A stretch of 62,274 nucleotides of DNA, the filler included, from Chlamydiia bacterium (lineage in GTDB: Bacteria; Chlamydiota; Chlamydiia; Chlamydiales; FEN-1388), in NCBI GenBank assembly GCA_903848235.1. It is 11 parts of 11 records of this genome, joined end to end, with 100 filler letters (N's around TTAATTAATTAA, not from the genome) between each part and the next. Parts side by side here need not be neighbours in the genome. Positions count along the whole stretch, not along the records: positions 24,128 to 33,461 come from CAINFV010000277.1; positions 33,562 to 36,374 come from CAINFV010000278.1; positions 36,475 to 39,701 come from CAINFV010000279.1; 8 more parts are not named here. One strand, 5' to 3'. Each line of letters begins with the position of its first letter. Within the stretch, counting starts at the first letter, position 1. The notes under the pieces were generated by a model. The model had not been told where the DNA came from. It ran no database searches and saw only the letters and a program-made list of their open reading frames with translations. Position numbers and translations under genes: made by a program. This document shows, piece by piece, positions 29,230 to 38,864 of this stretch.

Positions 29230-29995
29230 GTTGAAGGAATTCTTTCGCTACGTTGAGATAATCTTCATGCCCTTTTCCGCGCGCGCTTTCGACGTCAAAG
29301 ATGGTCTGCTTCTTCTGCGGGCAGGATTTGATTTTTGTATTGATGCGTACGATCGTCTCAAAAACTTGTGTCTGAAAAGTCTCCCGTAGAATCTTTTCGA
29401 CCACCGTTGAAATGCCTTCTCTCCTGTCAACCATGGTCAGGAGATATCCGAGATTTTGAAGAGATGGATGGTATGGCGCAATCTGATCAATCGTTCTGAT
29501 AAGATGTTTGAGGCCTACGAGTGGGAGATATTCTGCACTGACAGGGACCATAAAAAAATGACTGGCCATAAGACTGTTAATCGTCGCCAGGCCGATATGG
29601 GGCGCATTGTCGATCAAGATGAAGTCGTACTTCTGAAGTTCTGGAGTTGAGAAGGCTCTCATCAACCGCCGTTCTCTATCAATTGCGGAGTGCAGCTCTA
29701 GCTCAAGGTTGACCATTGACTCTCCTGAGGGGGCAATATCGACGTTGGCTATAGGAGTTGCTTTGATGATCTCTGAGATAGCTATGGGATTTTTAATCAT
29801 AACATCAGCAATGCAGGGAACCTCTTCAGGAAGGTCTCCTATCAAGCTATGGGTGAGATTCATCTGTGTATCAAGATCGACAACAAGAACCCGCTTATCG
29901 AACCTCGCAAGCCCTGCAGCTAGGTTGACAACGGTTGACGTCTTCCCAACGCCGCCCTTGTGATTGATGATGGAAACGATGTGAGAGTGCCCCAT
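29204..29995 (-). CDS. parA: ParA/Soj-family ATPase
   Basis: NHKGGVGKTS, VDLDTQMN, DFILIDNAP. Confidence 0.92.
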   Translation of the reverse strand: MGHSHIVSIINHKGGVGKTSTVVNLAAGLARFDKRVLVVDLDTQMNLTHSLIGDLPEEVPCIADVMIKNPIAISEIIKATPIANVDIAPSGESMVNLELELHSAIDRERRLMRAFSTPELQKYDFILIDNAPHIGLATINSLMASHFFMVPVSAEYLPLVGLKHLIRTIDQIAPYHPSLQNLGYLLTMVDRREGISTVVEKILRETFQTQVFETIVRINTKIKSCPQKKQTIFDVESARGKGHEDYLNVAKEFLQRVETSRGY

Positions 29996-30066
29996 ATATC
30001 CTCCGAAATCATATACGCAATGTTATCTCATGAGGGCCAATGACGCACCGCTTTTTTCTGTAAAAG

Positions 30067-30349
30067 GAGGCTTTTGCAAAACTAGCTAGCTGCGATACGC
30101 AAAGCGCCGGCGACGAAGGGAGAGATATACCTCTTCTTGTTCAAGAATCGGATTTCACGCCTAGAAAAAGCCTCGGGATTCGATCGATCAAAAAAGGGCC
30201 CATATTGCAATATTGGTCCCTTTTTGATCGGCGAATCGCGAGAGCTTTTCCTTAAGCGTCAAAACAGATTCATGAACAAGAAGAGGTATAAACTCTTAAT
30301 CCGGCTCGTCCAACATCGTTGCCCCTAGCGAATAAGTGGCAACTTTGGT
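30067..30349. repeat. Chimeric nested MITE: family A end, complete family B insert (30126-30290), family C end
   Basis: 30067-30125 matches the reverse complement of 61541-61657; IR TATACCTCTTCTTGTTCA; 30298-30349 matches the reverse complement of 53975-54025. Confidence 0.85.
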
Positions 30350-30423
30350 CTTGACAGGATCCATTCCTGAGATGCCCTACAGAGGGGATTTCTTAATTCT
30401 TCCTTAACGGCATTCTGGTACCA

Positions 30424-31323
30424 ATGGTAACTTTTCTACTGACTATTCTAAAGGTGCCCAAAATGAGGATTGTTTCTTCGCTGTTGAACGTTTCGAGATC
30501 AGGTGATGGCCCGGCGGTGGGCATCGAGCCTTCCGATCTTCCTGGTCCTTCTGCGCCCCAACCTGTCGCAGAACCTGTTGCAAAAAGCGGGAGTGTTGGC
30601 ACAGGCCGATTTGCCAAAAACCTTCGCCTTCTCTTTGTCAATGGGTGCTCGTATGAGGAATGGGAGAGCCAAGCGGCAGCGCAGAGGATTTCATCGCTTT
30701 TTGGTAGGACTGTGGGCAAGGACATTAGGGTTCACTATGCCTATGTTCCCATGAAATTCTCTCATGTCGTTGGAGCAATTCGGCATGGGGTTGAGCCGCA
30801 AGGATGCGATCTTCTTCTCACAACGATTCGCGAACGGTTGCAGGAGATGGATACAACACTTCGGAAGAAGGTTAGCGAAAGCCACGTCATGCAGGTGGGG
30901 CGTCGGATGTTAGCCGGCGGCTGTCGTTTAGCGATCTTTCTCCATTCAGGGGGAGGGGCGTTCTTCAAAAAAGTGATGGAGAGATTGACGAGTGAAGAGC
31001 GGCAGAAGATCGACGTGTTTAGCTTTGGCTCAGCATGGATGTTCAACAAAGGCGACTTTCATACAGTTCTCAACGCTGTCGCCTGTTGGGATCCGTTCCC
31101 TATGCTCGGACGCATTGTCTCTGGCAGATGGTTTCCAGGTCCGTCTGCGCCCATTGTCCGTGCAGGGTCTTCATGGCAGATGCCAGTGGTATCCCATAAG
31201 TTTTTACACAGTCCGTATCAAGAGACGCTGCGAAAAATAGTTTCGATGTACGTAGATGAGGTTCGATACGAAGCGCTTCTACCGCCTCCCCCCATTAAAA
31301 CAGAGCCCGAAGAAGGCCAATAG
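30424..31323 (+). CDS. DUF687-like alpha/beta hydrolase-fold protein
   Basis: LFVNG, VHYAY, LHSGG, FSFGS, WDPFP, SHKF; same motif order as the RHS tip domain. Confidence 0.65.
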   Translation: MVTFLLTILKVPKMRIVSSLLNVSRSGDGPAVGIEPSDLPGPSAPQPVAEPVAKSGSVGTGRFAKNLRLLFVNGCSYEEWESQAAAQRISSLFGRTVGKDIRVHYAYVPMKFSHVVGAIRHGVEPQGCDLLLTTIRERLQEMDTTLRKKVSESHVMQVGRRMLAGGCRLAIFLHSGGGAFFKKVMERLTSEERQKIDVFSFGSAWMFNKGDFHTVLNAVACWDPFPMLGRIVSGRWFPGPSAPIVRAGSSWQMPVVSHKFLHSPYQETLRKIVSMYVDEVRYEALLPPPPIKTEPEEGQ

Positions 31324-31379
31324 AAAATAATCGGACCATGGACGGCGAGAGTGAATCTGGTTCAGAAGATTTTCTGAAG

Positions 31380-31406
31380 GCGCCCCCTCGGAAAAGAAGG
31401 GGGGCT
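31380..31406. terminator. GC-rich hairpin between convergent genes
   Basis: GCCCCCTC...GAAGGGGGGC. Confidence 0.45.
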
Positions 31407-31439
31407 TAAGTTAGGTTGGGTGGTTTCTTGCGTTGACGT

Positions 31440-32006
31440 TTACCGAGCTATGGCAAACGGTTTAAAGGCAAAAGCCCTGTTAGGGTTTGCCTGCAAACGC
31501 AGTTTTTTGACAGGAGGGAGACGTACTGCGTTCGACACGCCTTTAGGAGTTATCTTGCCGACAGTTACGTGCGGTTTGAAAGCAGGAAATAGCAGTGTGC
31601 CGCCATTGCTTGTAATAATTGTATTTACTTTCTTGGATAGCTCCACCAGCACTCGAGGATTTTTATTTTTCTTCTTATGCTCTGTTTTTACGGGAACGAC
31701 GGCAAAGTCTTTCTTCACTCCGGCAAAGAGCTCGGTGCGTCCATTATATGTTGTAATGTCAAAGCTGTGACATTTCCTCATTGCACTGAGGGCCAGGCCG
31801 TTAATTTTGTTGGCGATTCGAAGCGTTGGTGCCGTGAATTCGGCGATCGACAGGTGAAATCCCTTTTTGGTTGCTAGAAGGTGTCCGCCTTGAGAGAACC
31901 GAGAGACTCTTTGTCCAGAATCAGTCGCCAGTTTTCGCAGCTCGCCTTGGTTGTCCTGAATGGGAAGTGCTATGCAGCATGAATAATTGCCATTTACTAC
32001 GGTCAT
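31440..32006 (-). CDS. 2H phosphoesterase (LigT/2'-5' RNA ligase superfamily)
   Basis: Two HxS/T motifs: FHLSI and FKPHVTVG. Confidence 0.7.
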   Translation of the reverse strand: MTVVNGNYSCCIALPIQDNQGELRKLATDSGQRVSRFSQGGHLLATKKGFHLSIAEFTAPTLRIANKINGLALSAMRKCHSFDITTYNGRTELFAGVKKDFAVVPVKTEHKKKNKNPRVLVELSKKVNTIITSNGGTLLFPAFKPHVTVGKITPKGVSNAVRLPPVKKLRLQANPNRAFAFKPFAIAR

Positions 32007-32099
32007 AGTATTAATCCTATTAAAATATTTTTGTTCGCTGTAATTATATTAGATTTTTGTTATTAAATTCATTTGTTTTACAAATAAAGAAAGATTTTC

Positions 32100-33095
32100 T
32101 CACGGGAGAAGTGTGACAGCACGTGCTTGTGGAAAATAGCTTAAAACCGATTGCGCGTCCTGCTGAAGATAGAGAAGCTTGATATTGGGGCCTGCGTCCA
32201 TCGTAAAGTATAGTTCTACACCCTGCTTTCGAGCTTGCCAGACCATGTTCATCGAGGAGATTGTCTTTTCTAGCCAATAGCAGACCGGAGGAGTTGAGGT
32301 GAACATGGTAGCGTGCATCATGAGAGCATTTCTTTCGACGGCTTGGCCAAAGGCTGGGAAGTTACGCTCACGGATGCCAGTCATAATGGCTATAGTGTCT
32401 TTTACGACCTGCTCAGGCCACAGAGCGTAGACAGGTGATGTCTCCACCGTCAGCCGCATTGCCTGCCTCGAGGAGATGGGCTTTTCCTGGGGTGAGAGCA
32501 TGAGAATTGCCAAGTTGAGCTCAGGCCACCAGTCATCATAGGGAATGGCATATGAGTCGCTTCCATCCGGCGACGAGCCCTTTTGCCACCGTACAAATCC
32601 AGTATACACCGACCGGCAGGCGCTGCCGCTGCCAAGGCGAGCTAGACAGGAGAGCTTTTGGCGATTAAGATTCCAGCCGAAGAAGGTGTTTAGCGCTAAT
32701 GTGAGCGCGGCAAATCCAGATGCTGATGAGGCAAGGCCGGCAGCCGTAGGGACGGTGTTTGTGGTAGCAATGGAAAAAAAGAAGGATGGCGAAGGGCGAG
32801 CGAGATCGAGGAACTTCACGCAGCGGATGTAGAAAGGTGAATCGGTGGGCAGAGGGATGGAATTGAGGGTGATGTCATCGGAGGCGATGGCCTGACGCAC
32901 TGTTGTTGTTGTATGGTGGTCAAGCGCTACAGAAAAGCTATCAGTGACTGGCAGGTGGAGTTCTTCGTCGCGTTTCCCCCAGTATTTGGCGAGGGCGATG
33001 TTGACAGGTGCTGAGGCAGTCGCTGACTCTACAACAGGGCTCCATGATAGCGGCAACAGGATGGCGGCAGCACTCTTCCGATCTATTCTTTGCAT
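32100..33095 (-). CDS. mvaD: Diphosphomevalonate decarboxylase
   Basis: APVNIALAKYWGKRD, PTAAGLASSASGFAAL, GSGSACRS, FTMDAGPN. Confidence 0.95.
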   Translation of the reverse strand: MQRIDRKSAAAILLPLSWSPVVESATASAPVNIALAKYWGKRDEELHLPVTDSFSVALDHHTTTTVRQAIASDDITLNSIPLPTDSPFYIRCVKFLDLARPSPSFFFSIATTNTVPTAAGLASSASGFAALTLALNTFFGWNLNRQKLSCLARLGSGSACRSVYTGFVRWQKGSSPDGSDSYAIPYDDWWPELNLAILMLSPQEKPISSRQAMRLTVETSPVYALWPEQVVKDTIAIMTGIRERNFPAFGQAVERNALMMHATMFTSTPPVCYWLEKTISSMNMVWQARKQGVELYFTMDAGPNIKLLYLQQDAQSVLSYFPQARAVTLLP

Positions 33096-33461
33096 GTAAA
33101 GACCTCAACGCCTGTTGCGGCAACTGTTGACGGAAGACGTCTTCCAATGCTCCCATCCTCGAACGTCCCTAGGCCAATAGCAGCATCGCCAAGGCCGGAC
33201 CCTGATATTTTTGCTCCATAGATGGTAGGCGCTGTGCGAAGAGACCAGCAAATAGAGGAGAGCTCTGGCGTGCCAACACCAAGGGCTTCCATCAGGCCCT
33301 GTGCATGATTCATCAGATGTCCTACTTTCACATAGTCTGCCGTACGCAGAGCCGCTATGGCCTCACAAGTGACCTCATTAATGGCTGAAAAAATGGCTTT
33401 ATACAACTCTGGCAAGCGTTGTTCTTGAGCATTCACAAAAGAGATGACTTCTGGTGTGGGG
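33083..33461 (-). CDS. GHMP kinase C-terminus (mevalonate or phosphomevalonate kinase), 5' partial
   Basis: GAKISGSGLGD motif; overlaps the mvaD start. Confidence 0.8.
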
Positions 33462-33722
33462 NNNNNNNNNNNNNNNNNNNNNNNNNNNNNNNNNNNNNNN
33501 NNNNNTTAATTAATTAANNNNNNNNNNNNNNNNNNNNNNNNNNNNNNNNNNNNNNNNNNNNCTTCGGGCGAAAAGAGACCAATTGGTCGCAGTCAGCTGA
33601 ATTGAATGAGTTATTTTTTTCCTGTCCCTCAGATCGAAATTCTCTCAATCTTTTTCTGAGCACCCTTTTCTTGAAACCAGAGAGATGAGTATTGTGAATG
33701 TCTAACACGGAGGATTGAACTT

Positions 33723-35129
33723 ATGAAACAAGACATCGGACTCATCGGTCTTGCTGTTATGGGCCAGAATTTGGCGCTTAATATGGCAGAGAAAAATTGG
33801 AAGGTATCGGTCTATAATAGGACAAAAGCTCGGGTCAAAGAGTTCCTCGCAGGGCCTGCTTGCGAGACAAAAATTCAGGGGTTTTCAGATCTCAAAGAGT
33901 TTTATAAGAGTCTTTCTAGGCCCCGAAAAGCCATTCTCATGGTCAAAGCCGGAGCTCCCGTCGACGAGCTCATTGAACAATCTCTGCCATATCTAGAGCC
34001 AGGTGATATCCTCATCGATGGTGGCAATAGCTTCTTCGAGGATACAAAGCGCCGCGAACAGGCACTGAAGGAAAAAGGGATTTTATTCCTTGGCGTCGGA
34101 ATCTCTGGCGGTGAAGAGGGGGCTCGTCATGGTCCTTCCATTATGCCAGGAGGCAGCACGGCGGCATGGCCACATGTCAAGGATATCTTCCAGTCTATCA
34201 GCGCTCAGGTTAATGGCGTTCCCTGCTGCCAATGGCTCGGAGAAGGTGGGGCTGGACACTTCGTCAAGATGGTTCACAATGGAATCGAATATGCAGATAT
34301 GCAGCTCATAGCGGAGTCCTATGACCTCCTCAGACGTGGTTTTTCCTGCGATACTCCGGAGTTGGCGCGGATTTTTGCAGCATGGAATAAAGGATACCTC
34401 AACTCTTATCTCATCGAAATCACAGCCTCCATCTTCGCCAAGAAAGATGAGGATGGTCACTCATTGATCGACAAAATACTGGACGTCGCCGGGCAAAAAG
34501 GAACCGGAAAGTGGACCGTCGTCAATTCCCTTGACATCGGAACTCCAGCGACGGTCATCGCAGAGGCGGTGTTTGCGCGTTCCCTGTCAGCGCGCTACGA
34601 AGAACGACAACAGGCAAGCCAGATCTTGGGATCAAAAATCAGGGCTCCCCATGAGAAGAAAGAGGAATTCGTCCAAGACCTTGAAAAGGCGCTGTACGCT
34701 GCAAAGATCATTTCCTATGCACAAGGGTTCTGGATGCTACGACATGCATCACAAGAATGTAAATGGTCGTTAGATCTCGGGGCCTGTGCCCTCTTATGGC
34801 GTGGCGGATGTATCATCAGAAGTGCCTTTTTAGGAAAGATCAAAGATGCCTTTGAAAAATCACCGGATCTATCACTGCTGATAGTAGACCAATATTTTCA
34901 TAATGAGCTGAAGCTCTCCATCCACTCCCTCCGAACGGTTATTGCAATAGGAGTGATGGCGGGGATTCCCATGCCATGTTTGAGCTCGGCTTTGTCATGG
35001 TATGATGGGATGAGAAGTCAGCGTCTGCCGACAAACCTCATCCAGGCTCAACGAGATCTTTTCGGGGCGCATAGCTTTGAGCGTATTGATCGCCCGCGAG
35101 GCGAGATGGTACATGCGGAATGGGTGTGA
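33723..35129 (+). CDS. gnd: 6-phosphogluconate dehydrogenase (decarboxylating)
   Basis: IGLIGLAVMGQNLALN, VKMVHNGIEY, QKGTGKW, QAQRDLFGAH. Confidence 0.98.
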   Translation: MKQDIGLIGLAVMGQNLALNMAEKNWKVSVYNRTKARVKEFLAGPACETKIQGFSDLKEFYKSLSRPRKAILMVKAGAPVDELIEQSLPYLEPGDILIDGGNSFFEDTKRREQALKEKGILFLGVGISGGEEGARHGPSIMPGGSTAAWPHVKDIFQSISAQVNGVPCCQWLGEGGAGHFVKMVHNGIEYADMQLIAESYDLLRRGFSCDTPELARIFAAWNKGYLNSYLIEITASIFAKKDEDGHSLIDKILDVAGQKGTGKWTVVNSLDIGTPATVIAEAVFARSLSARYEERQQASQILGSKIRAPHEKKEEFVQDLEKALYAAKIISYAQGFWMLRHASQECKWSLDLGACALLWRGGCIIRSAFLGKIKDAFEKSPDLSLLIVDQYFHNELKLSIHSLRTVIAIGVMAGIPMPCLSSALSWYDGMRSQRLPTNLIQAQRDLFGAHSFERIDRPRGEMVHAEWV

Positions 35130-35151
35130 TGAGAAAGGAGAAAGAAAAAGA

Positions 35152-35772
35152 GTGAAGCTGTTCTATAGAATAGTAACGGGTGGCTTTAGGCTCTGTTATG
35201 GGTTGCTCTATAACCATAAGGAAGCCTGGGAGTTTGATATCAAAGACCTTCCGGGGGCTGCCATAGTGGCGCCCAATCACGTGTCGTACCTCGATCCGCA
35301 GTTGGTTGCTGCCTCATGGCCTGAAGATCTTCATTTCTTTGCCGGCAAACGCCTCTTCAAGAAGAAGGTTATGAGGTGGATTCTCCATAACCTCTACTGC
35401 CACCCTGTTGAAAAGGGCAAAGAGCTGGCGACGATTCGAACAGCCATAGAACTGCTTAAACAGGGAAACAAAGTTGTCGTCTTCCCAGAAGGGACACGAT
35501 CTGAGGACGGCACCTTACAGCCGCTCAGAAGCGGGGTGGCATTTCTTGCCTACCAAAGCCAGTGTCCGATTATCCCTTGTTACGTAGCAGGATCCTATGA
35601 GGCATGGCCAAAAGCACGCAAGCGGCCACGACTTTGGGGTGTGCAGACCAGCTGTCGCTTCGGCCGCCCTATCTGGCCCAAAGATGATCAGGGAAACACT
35701 CTTTCTAAAGAAGCTCTCAACGAGGCCCTACAGCAGGCCTTGTCTCATCTTGCGGCAAAGAGCAAGGAGTGA
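35152..35772 (+). CDS. plsC: 1-acyl-sn-glycerol-3-phosphate acyltransferase
   Basis: NHVSYLD and VFPEGTRS motifs; AGGAG RBS before GTG at 35152. Confidence 0.88.
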   Translation: MKLFYRIVTGGFRLCYGLLYNHKEAWEFDIKDLPGAAIVAPNHVSYLDPQLVAASWPEDLHFFAGKRLFKKKVMRWILHNLYCHPVEKGKELATIRTAIELLKQGNKVVVFPEGTRSEDGTLQPLRSGVAFLAYQSQCPIIPCYVAGSYEAWPKARKRPRLWGVQTSCRFGRPIWPKDDQGNTLSKEALNEALQQALSHLAAKSKE

Positions 35773-35779
35773 AGAGCGG

Positions 35780-36194
35780 TTACCTCATGTGGGCATGGAC
35801 GGAAAGGTAGTGGTATAGATTTCTCTCAGAGGCATTGGGCTGCGTAAGGTCATTGTTGTTTTCCGCGCCTGACAATAGGGCTCTGTATTGATTAAAAAAA
35901 GCCATAGAGCTATTCGCCCAATTAAGTTTTCGTATATTAAATTGATTGCTTCTTAGAAGAGAATGGTTGAAGTAAATCTCATATTCTGACATCGAAGCGC
36001 CGAATAACTCCTTATGGTCGATGCAGTGAAGTAGTGCCTTCCACATAGGCTCGTGCTGATGGGTTTCGATCGCTATTTTTAAATCAGTGATCACAGGTTC
36101 TTGGAACAGCATATGGTGGGAAATCCCAGATAGATCTGGGTGTACTCTGTGAAGGTCTGGTAAGAGACGGTTTATGTGATCAAAGTAGGGGGGG
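35780..36194 (-). pseudogene. 3' part of a glycosyltransferase-like (DUF6492-like) gene, cut by a mobile element
   Basis: PYFDHINRLLP...HHMLF...SEYEIYFN; the frame runs into the IS end at about 36195. Confidence 0.55.
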
Positions 36195-36228
36195 GGTAGT
36201 AACTGCTCGATAAAATATGGACATATCT
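36195..36228 (+). mobile_element. IS607-like end, variant A (short copy)
   Basis: TAGTAACTGCTCGATAAAATATGGACATATCT identical to 11080-11111, then diverges. Confidence 0.7.
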
Positions 36229-36476
36229 CAGCGATTCCCGCTGTAAATTTGAGCAGCCTTGACCAAGAAGCAAGGAATGCTTCTACAGGAGAAGTTCCCT
36301 AAAGCTGGGTGCCAAATCTAAGCGACGAAGTCGGAAAATCAGCCACACAATCTACGAGAGACGTATCTTCAACANNNNNNNNNNNNNNNNNNNNNNNNNN
36401 NNNNNNNNNNNNNNNNNNTTAATTAATTAANNNNNNNNNNNNNNNNNNNNNNNNNNNNNNNNNNNNNNNNNNNNCA

Positions 36477-37070
36477 GGCTTCAAACAGGCGGCTACATTT
36501 GATGATCCGTATACGCGAGTCCATCGCCATGACGAGCGCATTGAAGCGGCGTTTATAGAACAATACAATCCACACGCTATTGTCAGCTATCTGATCCAAA
36601 ATTTGGAGCAGAATTCAGAATTACGCGATCACTATCTAACACTCCACAGAACACATGGAGCAGCAGAATGGAGGGCAGATCGCTACAACACAATCCTCGC
36701 TGAACTGACGCGGATAGAAGCAGCGGAAGATAGGGAAGAGCGAGAAGCAATGCTGATGTCTCTCTTTGATTTTTATAGCATTGTGAAAGCTCCTGGGCAG
36801 TCAAATAAAGACGCTGTTCTGGAAGATCAAAAGAGCGAATACCTCCAACACGAAGTATATGACGATGAAGGGCATCTTCAGCCACAAGCTGTCGAATGTA
36901 TTCTCGAAAAATTAGGTGTCTTCCACTCGGCATTCCCCAAAAGAGAACCGCTGCCTCTTCCTAGAGCTCACGTCGCCCGCGATCTACCTCCAGTGATGGA
37001 TGGAGCGCTATCAGCGGAAGACCTGGCCCAAATTCCTCCAGAGCTGAGAACTGCAGAATTCCTTTATTAA
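36477..37070 (+). CDS. C-terminal part of a helical effector-like protein (5' partial)
   Basis: Frame open from the contig start (FDDPY...FIEQYNPHAIV). Confidence 0.6.
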   Translation, partial: GFKQAATFDDPYTRVHRHDERIEAAFIEQYNPHAIVSYLIQNLEQNSELRDHYLTLHRTHGAAEWRADRYNTILAELTRIEAAEDREEREAMLMSLFDFYSIVKAPGQSNKDAVLEDQKSEYLQHEVYDDEGHLQPQAVECILEKLGVFHSAFPKREPLPLPRAHVARDLPPVMDGALSAEDLAQIPPELRTAEFLY

Positions 37071-37086
37071 GAAACATACCTTCTAA

Positions 37087-37123
37087 CTCTAAGTTGTTAC
37101 CTATTCATTAGGAACAACTTAGG
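37087..37123. repeat. Degenerate family C hairpin, possibly acting as terminator
   Basis: CTAAGTTGTTACCTATTCATTAGG resembles CCAAGTTGCTACCTATTCGTTAGG. Confidence 0.55.
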
Positions 37124-37181
37124 GCAGGAAAAGAACTTCTGTGTTACAGAGTTTTGTATTGTGTTAAGCTAAATCTCACTC

Positions 37182-37292
37182 GCTCTTTTTTTGGGGGCGC
37201 ACCGGTCTGCACCAACCGTCTGCCGCAAACACTCTGAATGTTCAGGCGACGCTATGTCTACAAACCGATGATGTCCTTCACCAAAAAACAGC
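37182..37292 (+). ncRNA. Candidate structured ncRNA (6S-like rod) upstream of dnaB
   Basis: Closing stem TTTTTTGG...ACCGGT / ACCG...CCAAAAAA, central bubble, inner stem CGTCTG/CAGGCG; extended -10 TGnTAAGCT at 37162-37170. Confidence 0.45.
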
Positions 37293-37364
37293 ACAAAATT
37301 ATGGGAAGCATCACAGAACACGCCTCATGTGTGCTCACGTGATTGAGGAAGAGGAAACGACACC

Positions 37365-38819
37365 ATGGACGCGCCAATAAAAGCTAGAGTTCCTCCACAC
37401 TCTCGAGAAGCAGAGATGATGGTCTTAGGCTGCATGCTCACGTCGATTAACAGCCTGAACATCGCGTCAGAACGGCTCGAGGAATCAGATTTCTATTTCT
37501 CAGAACACAAGATGATCTTCCACTGCCTTCAAGATGCCTATAAAGCTGATAGGCCGGCAGATATACATCTGGTTGCTGAAGAGCTCAAACGGCAGGAGAG
37601 GCTCTTGGCAGTAGGGGGTATCGTCTACCTCACCTCTGTGGCTCAATATGCTGGCACCTCAGCATACATCGAAGAGTACACAGAAGTTGTGAAGAATAAG
37701 TCTGTCTTACGTCAGATGGTATCTTCTGCGCAGCAGGTTGAAAAATCCGCTCTTGATGAGCCCCACGACGTTGACATAGCTCTCGACGAAGCTCAGCAGC
37801 TGTTCTTTCGCATTGGCCAAACGCGAAATACTCAAGCAGGAATCCTCATCGGCGATGTCCTCTCAGGGAAAGAGGCAGAGACGCAAATTCCCTTTCTCAA
37901 AGAGCTTGAAGCTCGCCAAGAGCAGTTCATGCGCCTTGGCCCCTCAGAAGTAGGAATCACAGGAATCCCCACGCACTTCATTGACTTAGACAAGATGATC
38001 AACGGCCTGAATAACTCCCACCTCGTCATCCTTGCCTCTCGCCCAGCAATGGGAAAAACAGCTCTTGCCTTGAACATCGCAGAACACGTGTCATTTAAAA
38101 ATAACATCCCTGTCGGCATCTTCTCCCTTGAGATGACAGCAGAGCAGCTCGTCCATCGTATTGTCTGTTCTGAAGCAGAGATAGAATCCACAAAGATCCG
38201 CACCGGCTCTCTATCACCTATGGACTTTCACCAGGTCGTCGAGGCTGTCAGCGAGATTCAGAAACATACGATTGTCATCGATGACCAGCCAGGCCTAAAG
38301 ATTACAGACCTCAGGGCACGCGCCCGTCGGATGAAAGAGAGCCATAAGGTGGGGCTTATCATCATCGATTACCTTCAGCTCATCAGTGGCTCTGGCTCTT
38401 CGAAAACCATGGAAAACCGGCAGAACGAAATCTCAGAAATCTCACGGATGCTTAAAATTCTCGCCCGCGAGCTCAACGTCCCTATCCTCTGCTTATCACA
38501 GCTATCACGAAAAGTAGAAGAGCGCTCAGGACACAGACCTATCATGAGTGATCTTCGCGAAAGCGGCAGCATAGAACAGGACGCAGACATCGTTATCTTT
38601 CTCGTCAGACGTGAATATTACGATCCTTATGACCGGCCAGGGCAAGCAGAGCTCATCGTCGCCAAAAACCGTCATGGCGGCATTGGCAATATCACATTAA
38701 CCTATAGAAAGGAGCTCGCTCAATTTGCTAACTACACGCAGCAAAGCATGAGCGGGGCGAATGGCTATGAACGAAGAGCGGAAGCTAATGAGCCAGACTT
38801 CGCTGCCGACCCTGTGTGA
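37365..38819 (+). CDS. dnaB: Replicative DNA helicase
   Basis: PPHSREAE, ASRPAMGKT, SLEM, IIDYLQL, DLRESGSIEQDAD, KNRHG. Confidence 0.98.
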   Translation: MDAPIKARVPPHSREAEMMVLGCMLTSINSLNIASERLEESDFYFSEHKMIFHCLQDAYKADRPADIHLVAEELKRQERLLAVGGIVYLTSVAQYAGTSAYIEEYTEVVKNKSVLRQMVSSAQQVEKSALDEPHDVDIALDEAQQLFFRIGQTRNTQAGILIGDVLSGKEAETQIPFLKELEARQEQFMRLGPSEVGITGIPTHFIDLDKMINGLNNSHLVILASRPAMGKTALALNIAEHVSFKNNIPVGIFSLEMTAEQLVHRIVCSEAEIESTKIRTGSLSPMDFHQVVEAVSEIQKHTIVIDDQPGLKITDLRARARRMKESHKVGLIIIDYLQLISGSGSSKTMENRQNEISEISRMLKILARELNVPILCLSQLSRKVEERSGHRPIMSDLRESGSIEQDADIVIFLVRREYYDPYDRPGQAELIVAKNRHGGIGNITLTYRKELAQFANYTQQSMSGANGYERRAEANEPDFAADPV

Positions 38820-38864
38820 AGCCACACAGAGTCTAGCATCACTTTTTCGACAGCCTTCTTAAAA

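Noticed and set aside
30137..30328. ORF MFKNRISRLEK... and the similar ORF at 61639-61839
   Set aside because: Translations of family B palindromic repeats, with no evidence of being genes
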